Shown here: positions 26,846 to 35,191 of the stretch, piece by piece
Layout of the letters: every line of letters begins with the position of its first letter
Numbering within the stretch: the first letter of the stretch is position 1
Assembly (NCBI GenBank): GCA_016926295.1
Contig: JAFGOX010000041.1
Span: 1 to 35,191, forward strand
Reading direction: 5' to 3'
DNA length: 35,191 bases
From: Candidatus Iainarchaeum sp.
GTDB lineage: Archaea; Iainarchaeota; Iainarchaeia; JAFGOX01
Position numbers and translations under genes: made by a program
The notes under the pieces: model-generated
Database searches by the model: none
The model's input: the letters and a program-made list of their open reading frames with translations, nothing else
Told to the model about the DNA's origin: nothing

Positions 26846-28372
26846 ATGAAGAAATTATGTGTCCTAATATGTCTTATTTTCATAGCTACAGTAGTTAATG
26901 CAGCCAGCCTAAGTGTAAACACACAACCAAACGAAATCACTCTTCAGGCAGGCAGCAACAAGACCGTTACTTTGAACCTTCACAGCGACACTATCCCTTT
27001 GGGGGTTAATATTTACGTAAATGAACCTTATTCAGTAAACGCATACACAAATAAGAGCTATTTCTACATGAATTCAAACGATACCAGCACAGATTTGTAT
27101 GTTTATGCGCCATGGGATGCCAACCCCGGAGATTATTACATTGAAATCGAGGCATACTCAAGCAATGAGTCTGCAAAAGCATATTTATTATTGCATATCA
27201 CTGAAAGACCCGAAGGCCCAGCATATGTGAATTTTACTTATGAGCCTGAATACTGTGTGGATTTGTACAGAGGGGAAAGCAAGATATTCAACCTTTGGGT
27301 GGAAAACGTGGGGCCGTCCAAAAGCTTTAACTTTGCTGTAGAGGAACAGCCAGATGACGTTGAGACAATAATCACACCATTCAGTTATGTGACAAACATG
27401 GGAAGCGGTGAAAAAATAAACAGAATCGCAACTGTGAAAGTCGGGGACGAAGCAGATCTTGGAGAGCAGAGTGTTCTGGTTGAATTAAGAGAAAAATCAA
27501 CAGACCGACTATATTCAACAGTAAACCTTTGTCTGAATGTTATGGAAAGAGAAGGCCTGTTGGTTTCTGCAAGCCCCGAGGAAATTGAAACTTACGGCGG
27601 AGAGACAGTTGAAGGAACAGTAATTGTAAAGAACACCGGAGACAAGGCAAAGGATTTGATACTTAGCTCGACTGTAGACTGGGCGAAATTATCAGAGAAC
27701 TCAGTCAGACTTAAGCCAGGAGAAACAAAAGAGATAAATCTTACAATGCAGGTTCCAACAGATCTGGAAAAAGGAAAATACGGAGTAAGGGTTACAGTAA
27801 AGAATGATATTACAAGAGCAGTAACTTTCTATCTTAATGTTCTGAAAGAGGATGTTGAAACAAGCTCAACAGTTTCACAATCAGAAATGAATACAAAAGA
27901 CGGAAAGCAGAATGTTGTCGACGCAGTTGTCACATTCAAGAACAATACAGAAAGCTCATATGAAAATGCAGAAATCAGAATAGATGACCTGCCTTCAGGT
28001 TGGAAATTCACTTCAGAAGTCTCAGAAATAACAATTAACCCGAAAGAGGAAAAATCAGTTCATGTTTACATCACCCCGAATGAAAGTGTGACAGAACCAA
28101 AAACAATCCATGTCTCACTTTACGAAAACGGAAGCAAGGTCGCAGAAGAGACGGTCACAATCGGCGAATACAATGTGCCGGCAGTTGGTATGTTCTCATT
28201 GGGAATGTTCTCAATAGAAAGTGTGATTATCCTGTTCCTTGCAACCGGATTACTTTACTTGGCTTGGGACAGATACAAAGACGAGATAATAAGCAGGTTC
28301 AGAAAAGAAAGGCCCGTACTTGCTCCGGAACCAGAAACTTCAAAAGAAGCTGAGGAAGAATTAGGAGACTAA
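26846..28372 (+). CDS. Ig-like/NEW3-type repeat surface protein (COG1470-like) with C-terminal TM anchor
   Basis: Signal peptide, four repeats (VKNTG, LKPGE, PG.Y, DLPSGW), C-terminal TM. Paralogous architecture to 22998-24269. Confidence 0.82.
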   Translation: MKKLCVLICLIFIATVVNAASLSVNTQPNEITLQAGSNKTVTLNLHSDTIPLGVNIYVNEPYSVNAYTNKSYFYMNSNDTSTDLYVYAPWDANPGDYYIEIEAYSSNESAKAYLLLHITERPEGPAYVNFTYEPEYCVDLYRGESKIFNLWVENVGPSKSFNFAVEEQPDDVETIITPFSYVTNMGSGEKINRIATVKVGDEADLGEQSVLVELREKSTDRLYSTVNLCLNVMEREGLLVSASPEEIETYGGETVEGTVIVKNTGDKAKDLILSSTVDWAKLSENSVRLKPGETKEINLTMQVPTDLEKGKYGVRVTVKNDITRAVTFYLNVLKEDVETSSTVSQSEMNTKDGKQNVVDAVVTFKNNTESSYENAEIRIDDLPSGWKFTSEVSEITINPKEEKSVHVYITPNESVTEPKTIHVSLYENGSKVAEETVTIGEYNVPAVGMFSLGMFSIESVIILFLATGLLYLAWDRYKDEIISRFRKERPVLAPEPETSKEAEEELGD

Positions 28373-28887
28373 GGCCTGAACCAGTTTATCTTGTAATAAG
28401 TAACATCTGATTCTGCATCAACAAGTGCAAGAACCAGACTAGTTTTTACCCCATGAGCTAATCTTGCAGCTCTGGCAAAATCAAATGCCTCGACATCCTG
28501 ATTCTCAGAAAGAATATGCAGAATGAATTCAGTATGAGCTTCATCCATTGACTTTCCTCTCGGATAGACCCTGAAATCAGTTCCGTATTTCAATCCGGTC
28601 CTGACTATGTATCCCCTTTCGCGTATATCATTGTAAACAGCGTATTTCGACATGAAGCGCTTCTCGATTTTTTCGCCTTTTTTCATTAACTGTTCAAAAG
28701 AAAGTGCCTTTGAGCTTGAAACTACTTCAAGCCTTCCCTTTTCAACAAGATAGGCTGCTTCGTACATACTAAGCATGAGCTTTTTGTATTTCAGCTCACC
28801 ATAGCCTTTCTGCTTCATCTCACTGGCAAAATCCATGTCAGATACGATAACCTTGTCCTCAACTAATTCTCCGCTAACTACTTTCAT
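28369..28887 (-). CDS. endA: tRNA intron endonuclease (single-unit, homotetramer-type size)
   Basis: L...EA.YL...G, Y.VY.D.R.RGY.V.TGLKYG.DFRVY, His 10 residues after the catalytic Tyr, VD.E.D.TYY. Confidence 0.95.
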   Translation of the reverse strand: MKVVSGELVEDKVIVSDMDFASEMKQKGYGELKYKKLMLSMYEAAYLVEKGRLEVVSSSKALSFEQLMKKGEKIEKRFMSKYAVYNDIRERGYIVRTGLKYGTDFRVYPRGKSMDEAHTEFILHILSENQDVEAFDFARAARLAHGVKTSLVLALVDAESDVTYYKINWFRP

Positions 28888-28899
28888 TCAATCACCTAT

Positions 28900-29274
28900 T
28901 CAAACAACGTCCAGTGTGCATTTCAAGTCCTTTTTCAGGTTCCTTACAACTTTTGAAAAGAAATCCTCAGGAGTAAAAAGCAGGATGACTTTATTAGCCT
29001 TGTGCAGTTTCGCTGTGTTTGCAATAATCCTTTCTATTTCCCCCCATTGGACTATTCCCTTTGTATTGACTCCTTTTCTTATAAGATAGTCCTCAATCAT
29101 CTCAACCTTTTTCTCAATCTCAGATATATGCCCTAGCTCAGAGCCTGACGCTTTGCCCATTCTTTCTGCATCAACTATGCCCAAAACAATCGCATCATCA
29201 GCCTCCTTGACAATATTGTTCAAAAAGGCCTTCTCAAAATCCTGTCCGAAAAGAACAGGCAGAATTACCTTCAT
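28900..29274 (-). CDS. universal stress protein-like protein
   Basis: MK.ILPV, ...V.WG....I...A......VIL USP-fold pattern. Confidence 0.65.
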   Translation of the reverse strand: MKVILPVLFGQDFEKAFLNNIVKEADDAIVLGIVDAERMGKASGSELGHISEIEKKVEMIEDYLIRKGVNTKGIVQWGEIERIIANTAKLHKANKVILLFTPEDFFSKVVRNLKKDLKCTLDVV

Positions 29275-29314
29275 CCTATCTATAAAACTACCAAAGGTTG
29301 ATTTTTAAACGTTT

Positions 29315-29929
29315 ATGGCGGTTGTTAGTATGATGTTTTCTGAGCTTTTCAGGCAATGGATGGATATTTTCACACTGAAAATAGACATGAAAGAACTTTC
29401 AAAAGAGAAATCACAGTTAAGGGACGCGTTGATTTCCATCCTGCTTGCCGGTGTTTTGGTAGGCGTAATAAACATAATTAGGGCAATGATAGCCGGAAGC
29501 ATGGGAATAAGCACGACAAAGATTCTTTTTGGTTCTGCAGCTCCGGACATAGGACTTGAAATCGCAGCAATAGGAATTGTGGCAATGCCCGTGGCACTCG
29601 CATTCCTTTGGATAATTGTCAGTGGTGCAATGTATGCCGCAGCATTCGTCCTTGGCGGAAGGCACATGTTCACAGGTTATGCAAGAAATATCGGAATAAT
29701 ATTCGCTCCGTTCAGCATCGCATTCTCATTGACATCATATATATTACTTGCAGGGGCCGGCATATTGTTCCTGTACCAGATTGTTTTGGTTGTTTTGTTT
29801 GCCTGGCTGTTAACAATATTCACAATAACAACAAGGGAGTATTTCAGATTCAATACATTCAAGGCCGCATTAACAACGGTTCTGTTTTTGATAATAATGT
29901 TTTTCATAACCCCTGTACTTGCAGCTTAA
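29315..29929 (+). CDS. Yip1-domain membrane protein
   Basis: Five TM helices with the Y.AA..LGG..F and AP pattern. Confidence 0.7.
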   Translation: MAVVSMMFSELFRQWMDIFTLKIDMKELSKEKSQLRDALISILLAGVLVGVINIIRAMIAGSMGISTTKILFGSAAPDIGLEIAAIGIVAMPVALAFLWIIVSGAMYAAAFVLGGRHMFTGYARNIGIIFAPFSIAFSLTSYILLAGAGILFLYQIVLVVLFAWLLTIFTITTREYFRFNTFKAALTTVLFLIIMFFITPVLAA

Positions 29930-29930
29930 A

Positions 29931-31259
29931 CTACTTGTTCTGAACAATTACTTTTGATTTGCACTTGGGGCATGTATACTCAGTCGTGTTTTCTTTTACA
30001 TTAACTGACTCTGCACAATTAGGGCAGAACTGTGTTCCGCAACTCGAGCAGAAAATCGCTTTCTTCAGCGGCGAACCGCAGGTCTTGCATGCTTTCTTTT
30101 CAGTGGTCTTGACTTTCTGTGTTCCTGCATCGGCACCAATTACATCAAGCTCTGCCATATCATCAATTGAAGGCAGGTCTTTCTTTCCAATTCCTTTATC
30201 TAGATCAACTATTGAAAGTTCATTATCCATTGTTGGCTCTGCATCGAGGTCTGATATTTCCCCGAATTTCAGAGGTTTCTCCCCCTCTCCAATTACACTA
30301 AGTTTTGGCATTTCCTCACTAAAGCCCACTGATGGAAGCGGTGCTTCGGTAAATGTAGGTGCTGGTGCGGCTTCGCGCCCTGGTCGACCCCTTCTTCCAT
30401 GTCTTTCAGGTCTTTCCCTGCCACGCTTTCTCTCGGCAGGTGGCGGTGATGGAGCTACTGCCCCTGGTGCGGGCGGTGCGGCCATGGGAACGGCTCGCAT
30501 TCTTTCCTCTCTTCTTTCTCTCCAGCTAAGATGTCTCTTTTCCTCTTTTGGCTTTTCTACCTTTTGCGGTTTTGGCTTTTCAGCTCTCTCGGGTTTGGGC
30601 TTTTCTGCTTTCGGCGCTTTCGGTTTCTTCACAAATCCAAACAAACCTTTCTTCGGCTTTTCAACTAACGGAATCTCTTCTTTCTTTTCAACTGCTTCTT
30701 TCAATGTCTTCTCTTTCGGCAAAGACTCTTTTGAAACCTTTATCGCACGCTTTTCTTTTGGAGTGACAACTGTAAGAAGTTCTGGCTCTTCAACTTCAAT
30801 CTCTGGCCTGCTGATAAACGGAATCTGAACTTTGGGAATTGAAATTCCTTTGCGCGGTTTCTCTGCCCTTACTATTCTCGCCTCAGCTTCCGGCTTTCTC
30901 TCTTTTAGTTTCTTGTAAAGGACATTCATTGGAACATTCTCGGCCTTTGCAACTCTTGTCTCCAGATACTTCTTAGGGACTGCAACCTCTATTTCAGATG
31001 GTGTAAACAATGCGGATTTTGTCTTTACAACCTGTATTGACACTGCGCCAATACCCAATAATGAAAAATACAATAAGTAAGGGAAAAACAATCCGATAAA
31101 AATGCTAACTAATGCTACGCCCCCGCCAATAATAACGCTTGCGCCCATTTTGTAGTCCATTGGCCATGAACGTACTTCCGGCAAGGCTAAACGGGTTATT
31201 GCATACCCAAAGGAACCAGACCCCAGTACAAGAAGGGCATATATCAAGACGTCAGACAT
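29931..31259 (-). CDS. membrane protein with long disordered linker and C-terminal 8-Cys zinc finger
   Basis: Three N-terminal TM helices, Lys/Pro/Glu/Arg-rich linker, CxxC-x9-CxxC-x4-CxxC-x14-CxxC. Start set to the ATG at 31259. Confidence 0.85.
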   Translation of the reverse strand: MSDVLIYALLVLGSGSFGYAITRLALPEVRSWPMDYKMGASVIIGGGVALVSIFIGLFFPYLLYFSLLGIGAVSIQVVKTKSALFTPSEIEVAVPKKYLETRVAKAENVPMNVLYKKLKERKPEAEARIVRAEKPRKGISIPKVQIPFISRPEIEVEEPELLTVVTPKEKRAIKVSKESLPKEKTLKEAVEKKEEIPLVEKPKKGLFGFVKKPKAPKAEKPKPERAEKPKPQKVEKPKEEKRHLSWRERREERMRAVPMAAPPAPGAVAPSPPPAERKRGRERPERHGRRGRPGREAAPAPTFTEAPLPSVGFSEEMPKLSVIGEGEKPLKFGEISDLDAEPTMDNELSIVDLDKGIGKKDLPSIDDMAELDVIGADAGTQKVKTTEKKACKTCGSPLKKAIFCSSCGTQFCPNCAESVNVKENTTEYTCPKCKSKVIVQNK

Positions 31260-31284
31260 CTTCCTATAAAACAAACAGGATTAT

Positions 31285-31713
31285 TTAAATCTTCTTGGTT
31301 TCCTTGAGTTTCCGGATAAACTTCCTGGCCTCCATCAAATCGCCCTCAGAAGGCAATCCTCTGTTATGTAATAAGTATAACAAGCTACCTTTACAGCCCC
31401 ATCTCCCTACAATGTTTGCGCTTTTAGCGTTTAATATATCTGCCATCTCGCGCAGGGCATCATCGTCAAAACCGTAAGTCCCGAACAAAATAACTTTCAG
31501 ACCGACCAAATCATCCAAGCTATTGAGGAACTTAACTATTTCCTTGGACGCAGACTTATTATAGCAACCTGTACCCACAGCCAGCAAATCAACATCGCCG
31601 ATTGAAACTACGTTCTTCACGTCTTCAGCAGTTGTACCAATCTCCTCGGCAATTGCATCAGCTACTTTTTTAGTATTTCCTGTGAGAGTTGAGTAAATTA
31701 CTTTAACATTCAT
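31285..31713 (-). CDS. flavodoxin family protein
   Basis: VIYSTLTGNTKKVA.AI FMN-binding loop, D...VG, GK-like V.LFGT.G. GGTGA SD before the ATG at 31713. Confidence 0.9.
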   Translation of the reverse strand: MNVKVIYSTLTGNTKKVADAIAEEIGTTAEDVKNVVSIGDVDLLAVGTGCYNKSASKEIVKFLNSLDDLVGLKVILFGTYGFDDDALREMADILNAKSANIVGRWGCKGSLLYLLHNRGLPSEGDLMEARKFIRKLKETKKI

Positions 31714-31863
31714 AATTTCACCTGAACAGCATCCTATAAACAGAATAGGAATATGTGGCATCATCTAATTATTTGGCGCATTTATTGTGCGCTTACAACT
31801 AACCTGTGGCTTATATAAAAAGTTAAGTTTTTATGCAAAGCAGTAATTATAGATAGTGATAAT

Positions 31864-32394
31864 ATGGCGGTTCTGGATTTACTTTGGCTTCCGGTTTTTG
31901 CACTTATTGGAGCATTGATTCCTACATTGTTAATTATCCCCTTGGTTTTCATCGGAGTTTATCTTTACAGGCACTTCCAAAAGCATCTTGAAGGATGGAC
32001 ATGGATAATGCTTGTGCTCCTTGTATCCTTTATATTAATATTCATAGTGTCAACGATACTGTATTTCACCCCGTCAATAATCTCGCCATATCAAAGCTCA
32101 ACCCCTGAAGACGGGCTGATAATAGAAAATCCTATAGACAATGTAATCTACACATTTATGGCTGCTTTATTCTCGGTTTTCCTTAAATCCCTGGCCTTTA
32201 CAACCTTTACATTACCCTTTATATTCGTGGGCGACTATATATATGATAAGGTGAAAGCTAAAATTAAGCATGAACAGGGCTGGATTGTGGGGGTATTGGC
32301 AGGCACATATGTCACAGTGTTCATATTCGTACTAATAAGCTATATTTTACCTTGGTTCTATCCAAGCTTGGCTTACATGCTGTTCTTCATGTGA
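31864..32394 (+). CDS. four-TM membrane protein
   Basis: Four hydrophobic helices; 4 nt upstream of the large ORF. Confidence 0.8.
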   Translation: MAVLDLLWLPVFALIGALIPTLLIIPLVFIGVYLYRHFQKHLEGWTWIMLVLLVSFILIFIVSTILYFTPSIISPYQSSTPEDGLIIENPIDNVIYTFMAALFSVFLKSLAFTTFTLPFIFVGDYIYDKVKAKIKHEQGWIVGVLAGTYVTVFIFVLISYILPWFYPSLAYMLFFM

Positions 32395-32398
32395 GAAA

Positions 32399-35191
32399 AT
32401 GAATCAGTATATCAAAACCACCTTAAGCGTTTGCGCAATTTATCTTATTTTGCTAAGTGTGGTTGCAAGTTCAGTAGACGCACAGGCATATACGGGCCCT
32501 TTGGACTGCAATGACCGCGCGGGCTGTGATACAATCAGCCTGAGCAAAGAAGATGTTGACAGACTTTGGCAAGGACTGTATGGTGGAGATTCCCCAGTAA
32601 CTTTCCAGTCAGTTGAAGGAGGAGTTCTAACAGGGGTAAAATCAGATGTAGATGAAATCGTGACAACAGACGAATCCGGAGAGATTGCGCACGACCAGGA
32701 AATATCAACAGAGGAATTCTTCTGGGCCGGGCATCCTTTGGACAACCAGGTATGTCTGGGTCCGTTCTCTTTGGGTGCGCACATAACAAGAGACCTCAGA
32801 GTTGCGCAATGTCTTTCTGCAACAACAGAAGAGGCAAGGCAAAACTGCGAGGGCGTTTACGGTGACAATGACTTGATTGCAGACCTGAAAGCAGAAGTCG
32901 GAGCAGCACCGGACTACACAAAGAAGAACACTCTGATTAACGCAAGCTTCAACTCAAACATGCTTTGCTCCTCAGGGAACAACTGCAACTTTATCATATT
33001 CAGCGAATTCGAGAAAACATTCAACTTCACTTTGAGCGTTGTTGACATTGTTACAATTGCCGCGCCGGTTGTCGGAAAGGTCGCAACAACAAAAATACTT
33101 GGCGGAAAATCGGTTCTGGAAAGACTTAAGGTTGTCGGCGATGACTCATGGACAGAATCAATCCCCATACTCAAAACAATAGTCAAGAAATCCTATCCGG
33201 GGGCTTACAAAGACGAAGTTGCGGACATGATAGAAGCAAAATTCAAGTCAAGTAATGTTCTCAGATCAAAATACGGGGATGAAGGGTACAAATCATTCAA
33301 AAGCGTAAAAGATATTGACGGGGCACTTGATGACATTTACAAGAAAATGAGCCCGCGAGGTTTGGGCGAAACAGACGATGCGGCAAGACTTCAATTGCAG
33401 GCATTAAGAACCGAAGTTGCAAAGAAAGAGGCAAACATGGCAAAGGCTGGCGGAGGCTTCTATAACTCAAAAAAAGGAAGATGGGTCTCTGAAGACGATT
33501 ACGCTAGTGCGATAGCACCAGATGCAAAAACCAGCGACATAACTAATGTAGCTGATAATCTTTACGATGATGCTGCGTTAAAGAAAGCAGCACAGGCAAA
33601 CCCCACAGGGGGGATTGGTGATTTTGTAAGGGTGCCTGACCCTAAGGTTACTGCACCTGATAACCTTAAAATTTTAGATGATGAAGTAACAGAGCAAATT
33701 GCAAAATACAGATGGTCCACTGATGCCACAACAGGTGGAGCCCCGGGACTGGACTGGGCACAAGCAACAGACCAACAAAAAGAAATCTACAAACAAATAG
33801 CAATAAACGAGCAGAAGAAAGCTGTGCTTAATGGCGGAACAATTGAATTTGTTACTGACCAGGGCGCTACATATAAAGTAACCATTGACAAAACTGACGC
33901 TGAAGCATTTTCAAAAGAAATCATAAAAAAAGATGTATTAACAAAATCAACTAGTAGCGGAGGCTACATAGGCCTAACTGAAGAAGCAGGAGGAAAAATA
34001 CCTGCGCTTCCAAAAACATGGAGTGAAAAATACCTGCCTTCAGCAGCAGACCAGCAAAGTGTGGCAAAAGCCTACGCAGCAAAATTCGGAAAGTACACAG
34101 GCTATTATGGTTATCAGTTAATACTTAGGCCTGTAGGAAGGAACATTTTGAGAACTGCCGGCGGGGCAATCGGACTTCCAGTCGCAAGCTTCGCAGCTTA
34201 CAGAATACCTGCAAACTGGAGCACAGTCTACATGAAGCCCGGAAGTGAAAATGAAATTTACGATGACGCTTACATTGACATTTTATACAACAGGGAAGAC
34301 GACCCGAAGAACCCCTTCTCTGCTGACGGATTGGGAAATGGAAACCTGTTGCAAAGCTACATGGTACTGCTTGCAAGGCTTCCAGCAAACCTGCCAGTAG
34401 TTGGAGACGGGGTGCAGTCATGGATTGACGACCAGGAAAGAACAGACCACGTCGGAGACGGACAGGTGTATGTAACTTCACTGCCATTCGGAAAAACAGA
34501 AGAAGAGGCATCTTTCTCTGCGCAGGAAGGCGTTTTCATAATCAACAACGGAAAAACAAGCTTCTCTGCAAATGCATTGAGAATGTATGCGCTTGAGCTT
34601 CCTGACTCAGACGACAGGGAATTAGGACCTGTTGTTGCCACATACGCTCACCACACAGACCTTTCAATGCGCATGGCCGCAGGTGAGGGCGGACTTTCAG
34701 AAGGCGAGATAAATATCGGAGACGCAGCTAACAATAAAGAAGGCTGCTCGGACAATCCGTTAACTTATGATTTATTAGAGAAGACAGGAACAATGGGCGA
34801 AGGAACAAGATTAAACCTGAGTGCGGCAACTATTTTGACCGCATTCAACAACAACATGTGGCCGATACTTGGAACTTCATTCGCTGCAGCATCAGGACCT
34901 GTCGGGATTGCAGCATTAGTGCCAACACTTCTTGGACAGTGGGTAATCAATGAGTACGTAGTTGGCGACTGCATTGATACAACAGGTGGTTATTTCGTCA
35001 CAGGCCACCTTACAAAAGAGGAAGACGCTGCAGACGCAGGAGACATAGCAACTGACCTGGCGAATGCAGGAAAAGATTTCTTATCACCAACCTCAACAAG
35101 CGATGTACTTCCAACTCCGGATATATTAAAGGAAATAGATGCAAACGTCGCATCAATGCTGGGGGAAGCAGCAGGCGAACACCCGAAAATA
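32399..35191 (+). CDS. large secreted protein of unknown function (at least 931 aa, 3' truncated; missing from the ORF track)
   Basis: Manual translation from ATG 32399 (MNQYIKTTLSVCAIYLILLSVVASSVDAQAYTGPLDC...) meets no stop up to the window end (...GEAAGEHPKI). Signal peptide with a VDA/AQA cleavage site. Confidence 0.9.
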   Translation, partial: MNQYIKTTLSVCAIYLILLSVVASSVDAQAYTGPLDCNDRAGCDTISLSKEDVDRLWQGLYGGDSPVTFQSVEGGVLTGVKSDVDEIVTTDESGEIAHDQEISTEEFFWAGHPLDNQVCLGPFSLGAHITRDLRVAQCLSATTEEARQNCEGVYGDNDLIADLKAEVGAAPDYTKKNTLINASFNSNMLCSSGNNCNFIIFSEFEKTFNFTLSVVDIVTIAAPVVGKVATTKILGGKSVLERLKVVGDDSWTESIPILKTIVKKSYPGAYKDEVADMIEAKFKSSNVLRSKYGDEGYKSFKSVKDIDGALDDIYKKMSPRGLGETDDAARLQLQALRTEVAKKEANMAKAGGGFYNSKKGRWVSEDDYASAIAPDAKTSDITNVADNLYDDAALKKAAQANPTGGIGDFVRVPDPKVTAPDNLKILDDEVTEQIAKYRWSTDATTGGAPGLDWAQATDQQKEIYKQIAINEQKKAVLNGGTIEFVTDQGATYKVTIDKTDAEAFSKEIIKKDVLTKSTSSGGYIGLTEEAGGKIPALPKTWSEKYLPSAADQQSVAKAYAAKFGKYTGYYGYQLILRPVGRNILRTAGGAIGLPVASFAAYRIPANWSTVYMKPGSENEIYDDAYIDILYNREDDPKNPFSADGLGNGNLLQSYMVLLARLPANLPVVGDGVQSWIDDQERTDHVGDGQVYVTSLPFGKTEEEASFSAQEGVFIINNGKTSFSANALRMYALELPDSDDRELGPVVATYAHHTDLSMRMAAGEGGLSEGEINIGDAANNKEGCSDNPLTYDLLEKTGTMGEGTRLNLSAATILTAFNNNMWPILGTSFAAASGPVGIAALVPTLLGQWVINEYVVGDCIDTTGGYFVTGHLTKEEDAADAGDIATDLANAGKDFLSPTSTSDVLPTPDILKEIDANVASMLGEAAGEHPKI

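Noticed and set aside
31718-31766. C/D-like or fluoride-riboswitch-like words (GAUGAUGC, CUGU, GAUGCUG) in the flavodoxin leader
   Set aside because: Boxes are degenerate and mis-spaced, and the riboswitch consensus order is not met
32440-34974. Several short minus-strand ORFs in the track
   Set aside because: Explained as shadows of the open + strand ORF starting at 32399
1-35191. CRISPR array, IS element or prophage
   Set aside because: No regularly spaced repeats, transposase, integrase or virion genes recognised

Overview
Archaeal chromosomal window. It is most consistent with a reduced DPANN-type genome, inferred from the AMP phosphorylase/R15P isomerase pair, an unlinked 5S rRNA, many Ig-like/PKD surface proteins and divergent translation genes. 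Core genes: 5S rRNA, tbp, rpl21e-rpoF-DUF655-ksgA-like, ftsZ-secE-spt5-rpl11-[PKD protein]-rpl1-rpl10-rpl12, an S16 protease, an NhaP antiporter, smc, rpl44e, tRNA-Phe(GAA), TrmB, endA, USP, Yip1 and flavodoxin. Features not explained by the ORF track: (1) a canonical dual-guide box C/D sRNA behind tRNA-Phe, whose D' guide fits the 23S A-loop U2552 and which is followed by cis anti-guide sequences; (2) a 618-aa LAGLIDADG/HTH intein splitting the SMC Walker A motif; (3) a KsgA orthologue that has lost its SAM-binding and catalytic motifs; (4) an SD-led 17-aa uORF with two hairpins coupled to rpl11; (5) a secreted ORF of at least 931 codons running off the right end. No CRISPR array, IS or integrase was seen.
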